Positions 29,451-38,224 of a DNA stretch of 64,000 nt are shown here, piece after piece (position 1 is the first letter of the stretch; every line of letters starts with the position of its first letter). The stretch lies in assembly GCA_963765675.1 (NCBI GenBank), contig CAVXXK010000014.1, positions 128,001-192,000 on the forward strand, read 5' to 3'. Position numbers and translations under genes: made by a program. The notes beneath the pieces were generated by a model, which saw only the letters and a list, made by a program, of their open reading frames with translations, was not told the DNA's origin and made no database searches. This stretch comes from an uncultured delta proteobacterium (GTDB taxonomy: Bacteria > Desulfobacterota > Binatia > Binatales > Binataceae).

Positions 29451-30014
29451 CTACTTGGTGCGCGACAGATATTCGTGAGTCTCGGTGTTGATCGTGATGG
29501 TGTCGCCGGTGTTGACGAAGTGCGGCACCTGAATCACCAGCCCGGTCTCGAGCGTCGCGTTCTTGAGCGTGTTGGTAACGGCGGCGTTGCGATTTCCAGG
29601 CTCGGTCTCGATCACCTTGAGCGTGACCGTCTTGGGCAGCGTGACGTTGAGCGGCGTTGTCTCGTGGAACTCGACTTCGACTTCGAGATTGGGCGTAAGG
29701 AAGCCCGCCACGTCCTCGATCAGCTCCTTGGGAATCGTGATCTGATCGTAGGTCTCGGTGTTCATGAAGTGGTAGTCGTCGCCGTCCTGGTAGAGGAACT
29801 GCATCTTGAGCTGGGACAGGATGATACGCTCGACGCGGTCTTCAGAGCGGAAGCGGTTTTCGGTCTGCGATCCGGTCTTGATATTGCGCAGCTTGGTCTG
29901 GACCATCCCGCGCCAGTTACCGGGCGTGATATGTGTGATCGTCATCACGCGCCACAGGTCCTTGTTGTACTCGACCACCATCCCGGCGCGCAGCTGCGTC
30001 GCTTGAATCAACAT
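29451..30014 (-). CDS. efp: elongation factor P
   Basis: ATQLRAGM, HITPGNWRG loop, ATLETGL and VPHFV. Confidence 0.95.
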   Translation of the reverse strand: MLIQATQLRAGMVVEYNKDLWRVMTITHITPGNWRGMVQTKLRNIKTGSQTENRFRSEDRVERIILSQLKMQFLYQDGDDYHFMNTETYDQITIPKELIEDVAGFLTPNLEVEVEFHETTPLNVTLPKTVTLKVIETEPGNRNAAVTNTLKNATLETGLVIQVPHFVNTGDTITINTETHEYLSRTK

Positions 30015-30091
30015 TGTAGATGCACTCTCGACTCGAAGATTAAGAACGAAAACTTATCCAACGCGGACTATCGGAGCAAGGACGCGCGGCG

Positions 30092-31558
30092 TTACGGAAT
30101 CAGGCGGCGATACCACGGGGTTGACGGCGGCATGTAGCCCGGAGGATAGCCGTAGCCCGGCGCGGGATAGCCGTAGCCAGGTGCGCCGTAACCCGGAGGA
30201 TAGCCGCCCGGATACACAGGTGCGCCGTAGGGACTTCGATACGCGTACGGCGATCCGTAGCCGTAAGGGCTCGCGCCGGGAACGACCATGACGGGCGGCC
30301 CGCTCGCGGTGCTCATCCCTTCGCTGTTCGCGTCGACCGATGCTTCGACAAAATTGCTGCCCAGGCCGTATGCGCGAATCGAGGCTTGCTGCCCCGGTGC
30401 CATCTGGAAGACGACGTCAAACGAATTGTAGGCGCCGGCGCCGATCGGAATCGACTTCATCAGGTGGCCGTTCTCGTAGACGCCTGCGCGATGCACTCCC
30501 GCGCCGGAGATCTGTCCGATTACTTCGTAGCTGCCCGGCTGCGCCGGCGACGGCATCACGCCGAGCACGTTTATCTGCACGTTGGTCAGGGGTCCCTCGA
30601 CGCCTCCGGGCAGCCTGCGTCCGGGCGCGCCGGTTGCGTCTTCGGAGCCGTCGGCACGCGGAATCTCTTCGGTATTGTTGCGAGGACCAGGAATTGCGGC
30701 CGGATCGGCCGAGGCAACCGCCTCGGAATCGAGTTCTCCACCGCCGAGCTCGATCATCTTTTCACGGCCGTCATGCGAATGCGTCAGCGCGGCCGCATCC
30801 GGCGCGAGCTGCGCTCGAGCAACGCGTCCGAGCGCGTCGGTCACCTCGAGCGTCTGCGAAGGCGACGGATCCTGCAATCCGAAATCGAAATTCACGCGCT
30901 GCTCGCCGCTCACGTCGCTGACCGCAATCGTCTTGATAGCGGTCGAGCCGTCGAAGATTCCCGCCGAGCGGAGATCGGTGCCTTCAAAGAATCCACGCAC
31001 CCGCACGCCGCCGCCCGTAAACGATCTCGAGCTGATCACGACTTGCGGAGCTTTCGGAGCTTCCGGGGGCAGGCTCGCCGATGGAGTCAAAGGACTGGAC
31101 GCCGGCGGAGCGCTGGTTGCGACCGGTCCCGCGACCGGCGTCACCTGCGCTTCGAGCGCCGCGATTTGTCCCTTGATTGAATTCCATTGCGGCAGATCCG
31201 GCGCTCCCTTGACCGCGCGCGCCGCGTCGATTTGATTACGGTCTTTCACGATCGCCGCCATCGCATGGCCCGCCGCCGCGCGGTCGCCCTTGTCGAGCGC
31301 GCCGCTCAGCGATTGCGCGTCGCTGGCGAGGCTCGCGACTGGCGGCAGCATAGCGCCCGCCTTCGCGTCGGCGTCGATCGAGTTGAGCATCGCAAAAGCG
31401 GCGTCGCTAAGTCCGGACGCTACCGCCTGCGGGGAATCAGCGCGCGTAGCGACGGGAGCAAACACCGCGAGCGCGAATGCCAGAATCGCCGCGGACGCTC
31501 GGACGGCCCGAGTCCGAATCGTATCGCGCAGACAAAGAAAGTTCCGTACGGTTCGCAT
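30092..31558 (-). CDS. secreted hypothetical protein with a Tyr/Gly/Pro-rich C-terminal tail
   Basis: Signal peptide (…ATRA-D), two similar beta-rich domains and YGYPAPG-type repeats. Confidence 0.7.
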   Translation of the reverse strand: MRTVRNFLCLRDTIRTRAVRASAAILAFALAVFAPVATRADSPQAVASGLSDAAFAMLNSIDADAKAGAMLPPVASLASDAQSLSGALDKGDRAAAGHAMAAIVKDRNQIDAARAVKGAPDLPQWNSIKGQIAALEAQVTPVAGPVATSAPPASSPLTPSASLPPEAPKAPQVVISSRSFTGGGVRVRGFFEGTDLRSAGIFDGSTAIKTIAVSDVSGEQRVNFDFGLQDPSPSQTLEVTDALGRVARAQLAPDAAALTHSHDGREKMIELGGGELDSEAVASADPAAIPGPRNNTEEIPRADGSEDATGAPGRRLPGGVEGPLTNVQINVLGVMPSPAQPGSYEVIGQISGAGVHRAGVYENGHLMKSIPIGAGAYNSFDVVFQMAPGQQASIRAYGLGSNFVEASVDANSEGMSTASGPPVMVVPGASPYGYGSPYAYRSPYGAPVYPGGYPPGYGAPGYGYPAPGYGYPPGYMPPSTPWYRRLIP

Positions 31559-31575
31559 CGCCCCCGCGATTCACC

Positions 31576-31713
31576 TCAGGAGGATTGTTTGTACCGATCC
31601 GCAGTCAGCTTGATCTGCCGGCCAAGCTTCAGGAACAACTCGCCTTCGTTGTAAATGAAGAGCGCGAGCGCGCCTGCCACCCCAATAATCAGTCCTAGAA
31701 GAAACGCACCCAT
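31576..31713 (-). CDS. small single-TM protein (45 aa)
   Basis: GAGGAG RBS before ATG; MGAFLLGLIIGVAGALALFIY... Confidence 0.6.
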   Translation of the reverse strand: MGAFLLGLIIGVAGALALFIYNEGELFLKLGRQIKLTADRYKQSS

Positions 31714-31875
31714 CTTCAGGCTCCTCAAGACACAACTATAGTCCAACTTGCATCCATAAAAGAAACCAGATTTCACGATGCTCGGGGGTCCAAATCCGGG
31801 CAGGTTGTGGCGCCGCGCGGTGATCTGTTAGTAAAATCCTTCCTGATATACTCGTGATCTGACGCCGTCTGTAAA

Positions 31876-32883
31876 GTGGGACATCCTGACATCAATGCTG
31901 CGGGTTCGTCGCAGGCGCTCTCCGCCTCGGGCGACTACCGTGCGCTGCGCGACGGTGCGGGTGCGATCGCGCTTGGCGAGCGCATCGTCGTCCGCGTGAC
32001 CGGCGACGACCGCGTTTCGTTTCTCCACGGGATGAGCAGCAACGATATCAAGCAGGCGAGCGCGGGCACGGTGATGCCGGCGCTGTTCCTGACCGAGCAT
32101 GCACATCTGATCGCGGACTTTTTCGCGTGGATCGAACCCGACGCGATTCTTATCGAGATCGATTCCGCGCTATGGACCCGCGCGCGGGCGCATCTGGAAA
32201 AGCTGCTGGTCGCCGACGACGTCGAGTTCGAGGAGCTGACCGAGCTTGCTGTGATCGATATCGAAGGTCCGCGCGCCGCCGAGGCGGTTCGCGCCGTTGC
32301 GGGCGAGAAAGCCGCGGCGCTCGGCGAATGGAGTTTCGTCCGCGCCGACGACGTGACGGTCGGCAATTTGCCGCGACTCGGATCGAGTGCGTTTACGATT
32401 CTGGCGCCGGCTGAAAAGACCGTGTCGATCCTGGCACAGATAACCGCGCTCGGCCCCGATTTTCGCGCAGTCGGCGCCGATGCGCTCGAAATCGTCCGAG
32501 TCGAGAACGGACTGGCGCTGACCGGCGTCGATACTGTCGAGAAGACTATCGCGCTCGAAGCGCGGCTTGACCGTGCAATCTCGCTGCGCAAGGGATGCTA
32601 CGTCGGCCAGGAGACGATCGAGCGCGCCACCGCCCGCGGCGGACTCCGCAAGCGCCTGTTCGGACTGCGAATCGAGGGCGCGCGCGCGCCGCAGCCAGGA
32701 TCACCCGTGATGCTCGCCGGAAAGGAAGTAGGGCGCGTGACCAGCGTGGTGCATTCGCCGAAGCTCGGCGTGATCGCTCTCGCGATCCTGAATCAGAGCG
32801 CGTGGGCGCAAGCCTCGGCGCTTTCGATCGCCGATCCGGCCGGCGAAATCATAGCGCGGACGAGCGAGATTCCGTTCCGTTGA
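31876..32883 (+). CDS. ygfZ: folate-binding Fe-S repair protein (YgfZ/GcvT family)
   Basis: KGCYVGQE signature and GDDRVSFLHG. Confidence 0.92.
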   Translation: MGHPDINAAGSSQALSASGDYRALRDGAGAIALGERIVVRVTGDDRVSFLHGMSSNDIKQASAGTVMPALFLTEHAHLIADFFAWIEPDAILIEIDSALWTRARAHLEKLLVADDVEFEELTELAVIDIEGPRAAEAVRAVAGEKAAALGEWSFVRADDVTVGNLPRLGSSAFTILAPAEKTVSILAQITALGPDFRAVGADALEIVRVENGLALTGVDTVEKTIALEARLDRAISLRKGCYVGQETIERATARGGLRKRLFGLRIEGARAPQPGSPVMLAGKEVGRVTSVVHSPKLGVIALAILNQSAWAQASALSIADPAGEIIARTSEIPFR

Positions 32884-32932
32884 TGGTTACAATCATTAAA
32901 GCAGTACTTTAAGTTTTAAAGGAGCAAGCGCA

Positions 32933-33076
32933 ATGGCAAACACCCTGGGTAAACGTTACCAGTGCGAAAAGTGCGGCACCGAGGTCCTGTGCAACAAGGC
33001 CGGCACCGGCGAGCTCGAATGCTGCGACCTGCAGATGAAGATCAAAGAGGCCAAGCCGCTTCCTTCGTCTGACTAG
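32933..33076 (+). CDS. desulforedoxin-like microprotein (47 aa) with a C-terminal PLPSSD tail
   Basis: AAAGGAG RBS; MANTLGKRYQCEKCGTEVLCNKAGTGELECCDLQMKIKEAKPLPSSD; CxxC-x15-CC; absent from the ORF track. Confidence 0.88.
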   Translation: MANTLGKRYQCEKCGTEVLCNKAGTGELECCDLQMKIKEAKPLPSSD

Positions 33077-33104
33077 CCAGCGCCGCGCGCCGCATCGGAT
33101 CGCA

Positions 33105-34664
33105 GTGGCTGCCACCTCCGCCAAGGCCGATCTCGTCCTCCATCAGGGCGTGATTTTCGGGCATCGCGATAGCGACTCGGTCGCGGTCAGCGGAGGCCGG
33201 ATCGTAAGCCACGGCCCTTATTCGGAACTCAAGGCGCTGGTCGGGCCGAGGACGCATCTGATCAAGCTCGCGGGGCGCACACTCGCGCCCGGTTTTGTGG
33301 ATGCGCATCTCCATTTTCTTGAAGCTGCTTCCGCCGTCAGCGGGCTCGCGGTATGGCGATGCCGCAACCTTGCGGATCTGCTGGCAGACCTGCGCGTCGG
33401 CGCGGGACGGACTCCGCCGGGCAACTGGCTGCGCGCGTTCGGATGCGACGAGGCGCTGCTCGCGGGCAAACGCGGCCCGACGCGCGACGAGCTTGATCAG
33501 GCGGTCGCGAAGAATCCGCTGAGGCTGCGGCATCAGACGCTCCATGCTTCATGGCTCAACACTCGTGCGATAAATCAGCTAGGACTCGAAGCCAAAGATT
33601 TTCGTCCGCCCCCCGGCGCCACGATGTTCCGTGACGGAACCGGCAGGCTGACAGGCCTTGTGGTCGGGATGGAAGAGTGGCTGACGCATCATCTGCCGCT
33701 CGTGACCAAGGCTGAGCTCGAGGCGCGCGCGCGCACGATGAGCCGCGAGCTATGCGCTGCCGGAGTAACTGCGTTCACCGACGCAACCGTGCGCAACGGC
33801 CCCGAAGAGGTCGAGCTGTTCGCGAGGCTCGCCGCCTCGGGCGCGATCTGCCAGCGCGTCGCGATGATGGTCGGCGCGCGGCATCTGGAAGCCGCCACCA
33901 AAAGCGCGGAGGTTGCGCACGCCGCCGGAATCCGGCTGGCGGGACTCAAGTTCATGCCCGGCAGCGCCTATGACGGCTCGACCGCGGCGCGCCGCGTGCG
34001 CATCGCTCTCAGCAGCGGACTTGACTGCGCGTTTCATGCGACCGAAGTCGAGGAGCTGGACGAAGCGCTCGAGGCGATCGAGCTCGCGCAGCGCCAGATC
34101 GGCGCAGCCAAGACGCCTGCGGTATGCCGAATCGAGCACGGCGGCGTCATCTCGCCGGATCACATCGCGCGAATCGTGGCTGCGCGCGCGTGGATCGTCA
34201 CCAATCCCGGTTTCATTTATTTTCGCGGACCCAAGTACTCAGCCGAGGCGGGACTTGCGCCGCATCTGTATCGTGCCGCCTCGCTGCGCGCGGCCGGAAT
34301 CGAGCTGGCCGGCGCTTCCGACGCTCCGGTGACGCCCGCGCGTCCACTCGTCGGTGTGGCCGCCGCAATCTCCCGCGCGACGATCGACGGCAATGTCCTC
34401 GGCGCCGAAGAGCGGCTTGCTCCCGCCGAGGCGTTCGCGCTCTTCACGCGCGACGGCGCCCGCCTCCAGCGCCTGGAGGCCGGCGAGATTGCGCCGGGGA
34501 TGCTCGCCGATATGGTGGTGCTCCAGCGCGACCCGATGACGCTCGGTCCCGCCGAGTTGCTCGCGCTCAACGTCGATATGACCCTTATCGCGGGCCGCGT
34601 CGTGTACGAACGCGGCCGTCCCGCGGTCGCCCACAGCGACAGCGCGGATCTTCATTCAGCCTGA
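33105..34664 (+). CDS. amidohydrolase_3 (YtcJ-like) family protein
   Basis: PGFVDAHLH, AFHA, RIEHG and ASDAP. Confidence 0.9.
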   Translation: MAATSAKADLVLHQGVIFGHRDSDSVAVSGGRIVSHGPYSELKALVGPRTHLIKLAGRTLAPGFVDAHLHFLEAASAVSGLAVWRCRNLADLLADLRVGAGRTPPGNWLRAFGCDEALLAGKRGPTRDELDQAVAKNPLRLRHQTLHASWLNTRAINQLGLEAKDFRPPPGATMFRDGTGRLTGLVVGMEEWLTHHLPLVTKAELEARARTMSRELCAAGVTAFTDATVRNGPEEVELFARLAASGAICQRVAMMVGARHLEAATKSAEVAHAAGIRLAGLKFMPGSAYDGSTAARRVRIALSSGLDCAFHATEVEELDEALEAIELAQRQIGAAKTPAVCRIEHGGVISPDHIARIVAARAWIVTNPGFIYFRGPKYSAEAGLAPHLYRAASLRAAGIELAGASDAPVTPARPLVGVAAAISRATIDGNVLGAEERLAPAEAFALFTRDGARLQRLEAGEIAPGMLADMVVLQRDPMTLGPAELLALNVDMTLIAGRVVYERGRPAVAHSDSADLHSA

Positions 34665-34666
34665 TC

Positions 34667-35458
34667 ATGGCGCTTTCGGAAAAAGATAACAGCGCGGTCC
34701 TTTATGAGAAGCGCGGCACCGTCGCGTGGGTGACGCTCAATCGCCCGGCGCAGTTGAACGCGTACAACGTGGCGATGCGCGATGCCCTGTTCCAGACTCT
34801 GAGCGCGATTCACGACGACCCCGAGGTCCGCGCGATGGTGCTCTGCGGCGCGGGCAATGCGTTTTCGACCGGCGGCGATCTGCACGAGTTCGGCACCGCG
34901 CCGTCGCCCGTCGCCGCGCGATGGATCCGTTTCCGGCGCGACGTGTGGGGACGCCTGAAATCGCTGCCGGTTCCGACGCTCGCGGCCGTGCACGGCTTCA
35001 CCGTCGGCGGCGGACTTGAGATGGCGATGCTGTGCGACCTCGCAATCGCGGCCGACGACACCCGCATCTGTCTGCCTGAAACCGGGGTCGGGATGATTCC
35101 CGGCGTGGCGGGCACCCAGACTGCCTCGCGGCGCCTGCGCCTCGGCCGCGCGCTCGATTTGAACCTCACCGGCCGCTGGATTGACGCGCAAGACGCATTG
35201 CTTATAGGTTTGGTCGCCGAAGTCGTTGCGCCGCCGCGGCTCGAGCGGCGCGCACTCGAAATCGCGCGCGGACTTGCTCGCATGCCCCGGGAACACTCTG
35301 CTATCGCCAAGCTCGCGATCTGGGGCGGACTCGACCTGCCGCTTAGCGAGGGGCTCGATCTCGAGCGCAGGCTCGCGCGGCGGATGGCAATAATGACGCA
35401 GCGCGGCAATACAAAGCGGCACAATTCAGGAGGTAACGCGGTCCGTGAACACCGTTAA
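34667..35458 (+). CDS. enoyl-CoA hydratase/isomerase family protein
   Basis: VTLNRP..LNA, FSTGGDL, GGGLEM and LPETGVGMIPG; ATG 34667 is the likely start. Confidence 0.9.
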   Translation: MALSEKDNSAVLYEKRGTVAWVTLNRPAQLNAYNVAMRDALFQTLSAIHDDPEVRAMVLCGAGNAFSTGGDLHEFGTAPSPVAARWIRFRRDVWGRLKSLPVPTLAAVHGFTVGGGLEMAMLCDLAIAADDTRICLPETGVGMIPGVAGTQTASRRLRLGRALDLNLTGRWIDAQDALLIGLVAEVVAPPRLERRALEIARGLARMPREHSAIAKLAIWGGLDLPLSEGLDLERRLARRMAIMTQRGNTKRHNSGGNAVREHR

Positions 35459-36989
35459 TTTCGTGACGATTCCGTCGTCGATCGTTCCCGATCAGGAGAT
35501 TGTTGATTTCGGGGATCGGCGGCTGAATTACGCGCAGTTTGCCGATACCGTTGCGCGCCTATCCACGATCTTCAAGCAGCAGGGACTCGCTCCGCGCGAT
35601 GTCGTTGCCGCGCTCGACACCAATTCCGATCTTTATATCGCCGCCTACTACGCCGCCGCCAAAGCCGGGCTCACCTTCCTGCCGCTCAACTACCGCGCCA
35701 AGGAAGCCGAGCTCGAATACATGATCAACACCGCGGCGACCAAGGTTCTGCTCGCCGGCGATCGCTATCTTGACCTGATCAAGCGCCTGCGCCCGCGCCT
35801 CAAGCTCGCGAACGTCCTTGCGATCGGCGACGGAGAGCCGGGAATCCCGCGCCTTTCCGATCTGATCGCCAAGGCCGAGCCCGACGAAGCCGAGGCCGAA
35901 GTCGAGGACGAGGACACTTCGATCCTGATGTACACCAGCGGCACCACGTCGCTGCCGAAGGGCGTGATGCTCTCGTTTCGCGATTTCACCGCGTACGTGA
36001 CGGCAAACATCGAAATGGCGGACGGCACCGACCGCGGCGTCGCACTGGTGTGCGTGCCGTTTTACCATATCGCCGGAACCACCGCGTACATGACCAACAT
36101 CTGGACCGGCAGAAGGCTGGTCGTGATGCCGCAATTTGACGCCAAAGCGTGGCTGGCTCTGGTCGCGAAGGAGCGGGTCACGCACGCGTTCGTAGTGCCC
36201 ACGATGATGAAGCAGGTCCTCGACGAGCCGTCATTCAAATCGACCGATCTTTCGAGCCTGACCAATCTCGCCTATGGCGGCGCGCCGATGCCGATCCAGG
36301 TGATCCGCCGCGCGATCGAGGCGTTCCCCGCCACGGTCGGCTTCGTCAACGCGTACGGACAGACCGAAACCACATCGTCGCTCATCATCCTCGGCCCCGA
36401 CGACCATCGGATTACCGGCACACCGCAGGAGAAGGAACAGAAGCTCCGGCGTCTCAACTCGATCGGCAAGCCGCTCCCCGACGTCGAGATCCGCGTGCGC
36501 GACGAAGACGGCGCGCTGCTTCCGCATGGCAAGGTGGGCGAGATCGTCATCCGCACCCCGCGCATCATGAAGGGCTATGCTGGACGCACCGACGACGCCG
36601 CGCTGGCCGAAGGATGGCGCGCGACCGGTGACCTCGGCTGGATCGACGAAGACGGTTACGTGTTTTTCGCCGGCCGCAAGGACGACATGATTATCCGCGG
36701 CGGCGAGAATATCGCGCCGGCCGAAATCGAAACCGTGCTGATGAGCCATCCTGCGGTCGATGAATGCGCGGTGATCGGAGTTCCCTCGGTCGAGTGGGGC
36801 CAGACCGTCAAGGCGTTCGTGGTTTGTCGCGCGGGAGAAAAGATCACGCGCGACGATTTGAGCGAGTTCTGCCGCTCGCGCCTGGCGAGTTTCAAACGCC
36901 CCGAGCAGATCGAATTTATCGACGCGCTGCCCAAAAATCCCCTGGGCAAGATCCTGCGCAAAGATCTGCGCGCGCCGTCGGGAGACTGA
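35445..36989 (+). CDS. acyl-CoA synthetase / AMP-binding enzyme
   Basis: YTSGTTSLPKG, YGQTE, TGDLG, GRKDDMIIRGGENI and LPKNPLGK. Confidence 0.95.
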   Translation: MNTVNFVTIPSSIVPDQEIVDFGDRRLNYAQFADTVARLSTIFKQQGLAPRDVVAALDTNSDLYIAAYYAAAKAGLTFLPLNYRAKEAELEYMINTAATKVLLAGDRYLDLIKRLRPRLKLANVLAIGDGEPGIPRLSDLIAKAEPDEAEAEVEDEDTSILMYTSGTTSLPKGVMLSFRDFTAYVTANIEMADGTDRGVALVCVPFYHIAGTTAYMTNIWTGRRLVVMPQFDAKAWLALVAKERVTHAFVVPTMMKQVLDEPSFKSTDLSSLTNLAYGGAPMPIQVIRRAIEAFPATVGFVNAYGQTETTSSLIILGPDDHRITGTPQEKEQKLRRLNSIGKPLPDVEIRVRDEDGALLPHGKVGEIVIRTPRIMKGYAGRTDDAALAEGWRATGDLGWIDEDGYVFFAGRKDDMIIRGGENIAPAEIETVLMSHPAVDECAVIGVPSVEWGQTVKAFVVCRAGEKITRDDLSEFCRSRLASFKRPEQIEFIDALPKNPLGKILRKDLRAPSGD

Positions 36990-37124
36990 CCAACGGCGTC
37001 CCGCGCGAAAACCCACAGGCCGGCTCCCGCGCGCGAGCCGATCGAGATCGCGCTCACCGGCGGATGCGTCACCGCGCGGATTATTGACGCGCGCCGTCCG
37101 CTCGGCTCGGCGGGCGCCAACCGG

Positions 37125-37757
37125 ATGCTCGAGCTGTTCGAGCAGGTCGAAGACGACGAATCGATCCTGATGCTCGCGATCACGGGGACCGGCGCGTCGT
37201 TCTGCGAAGGATTTGGCGACGACGTAGATCCGCGAATCGTCGAGTCGTTCGCCGCGATTTCCAAACCGACCGTCGCGATTATCAACGGCAACGCGATCGA
37301 CGAGGGGCTCGAGCTCGCGCTCGCGGCCGATATCCGAGTGATTGTCCGCCGCGCCCGGATCGCGCTGACTCAACTAGCGCGCGGCGAGCTTCCGCATTTC
37401 GGAGGAACCCAGCGCCTGGCGCGAATCGCCGGACCCGCGCAGGCGCTCAGGATGCTCCTGACCGGCGCCGCGCTCGACGGCGCCGCGGCCGAGCGCGTCG
37501 GTATCGCGACTTATCTGGCTAAAGACGAACGCGATCTCGCGCGGGCTGCAGGAGCCCTTGCCGAGGCGATTCTCTCTCGCGCCCCGCTCGCGGCGCGGCT
37601 GGTCAAAGACGCTGTCCTCAAGGGATACGATATGACTTTGGAGCAGGGTGTCAGGCTTGAGGAAGATCTGTACGCCCTGCTACAAACGACTGCCGACCGT
37701 GGCGAAGGCGTGCGCGCGTTCCTGGACAAGCGCAAGCCGATTTTCCGCGGCGCTTGA
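37125..37757 (+). CDS. degenerate enoyl-CoA hydratase family protein; true start probably near 36986-36990
   Basis: KPTVAIING, GGTQRL and EGVRAFLDKRKPIFRG; GGG replaced by DEG and the LPE glutamate replaced by LTQ. Confidence 0.85.
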   Translation: MLELFEQVEDDESILMLAITGTGASFCEGFGDDVDPRIVESFAAISKPTVAIINGNAIDEGLELALAADIRVIVRRARIALTQLARGELPHFGGTQRLARIAGPAQALRMLLTGAALDGAAAERVGIATYLAKDERDLARAAGALAEAILSRAPLAARLVKDAVLKGYDMTLEQGVRLEEDLYALLQTTADRGEGVRAFLDKRKPIFRGA

Positions 37758-37784
37758 AGAATCGATTGCGAAAGGAATGGTGAG

Positions 37785-37904
37785 ATGGCCAATCAACTGG
37801 GCAAAGTTTATATCTGCGCCAAATGCGGCTCGCAGGTGATCGTGACCAAGGGCGGCACCGGCCTGCTCAAATGCTGCGGCGTTCCGATGGAACAGAAAAA
37901 GTAA
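37785..37904 (+). CDS. desulforedoxin-like microprotein (39 aa)
   Basis: AAAGGA RBS; MANQLGKVYICAKCGSQVIVTKGGTGLLKCCGVPMEQKK; CxxC-x15-CC; absent from the ORF track. Confidence 0.88.
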   Translation: MANQLGKVYICAKCGSQVIVTKGGTGLLKCCGVPMEQKK

Positions 37905-37957
37905 TCCGCCGCCGCTGGCGGCGTCCAAGATGATCGATCGATAAGGAGGACCTCCCG

Positions 37958-38200
37958 ATGATCGGAGCCATAATTGTCGGAATCATCGCCGGATGGCTGG
38001 CGGGCAAGCTGATACGCGGCAAGGGCTATGGAATTATCGGCGACCTGATTCTCGGGTTGGTCGGCGGCCTTATCGGCGGATGGATTATCGGCGCATTCAA
38101 CATCCCCGGCCCTAACGGAGTGATCGGCGCGATTGTCGTCGCGACGATCGGCGCGGTCATCCTCGTGTGGATCGCGCATCTGATTCGCGGCGAAGTCTGA
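37958..38200 (+). CDS. GlsB/YeaQ/YmgE family membrane protein
   Basis: IIVGIIAGWLAG...G.GIIGDLILGLVG...ATIGAVIL; AGGAGG RBS. Confidence 0.9.
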   Translation: MIGAIIVGIIAGWLAGKLIRGKGYGIIGDLILGLVGGLIGGWIIGAFNIPGPNGVIGAIVVATIGAVILVWIAHLIRGEV

Positions 38201-38224
38201 GTCTCGCGATTTTTTTCTGATCGT

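Noticed and set aside
32933-33076. Cys-rich peptide as a RiPP (ranthipeptide/SCIFF-type) precursor
   Set aside because: Cys spacing matches desulforedoxin exactly, and no radical SAM/SPASM or other RiPP maturase gene is adjacent
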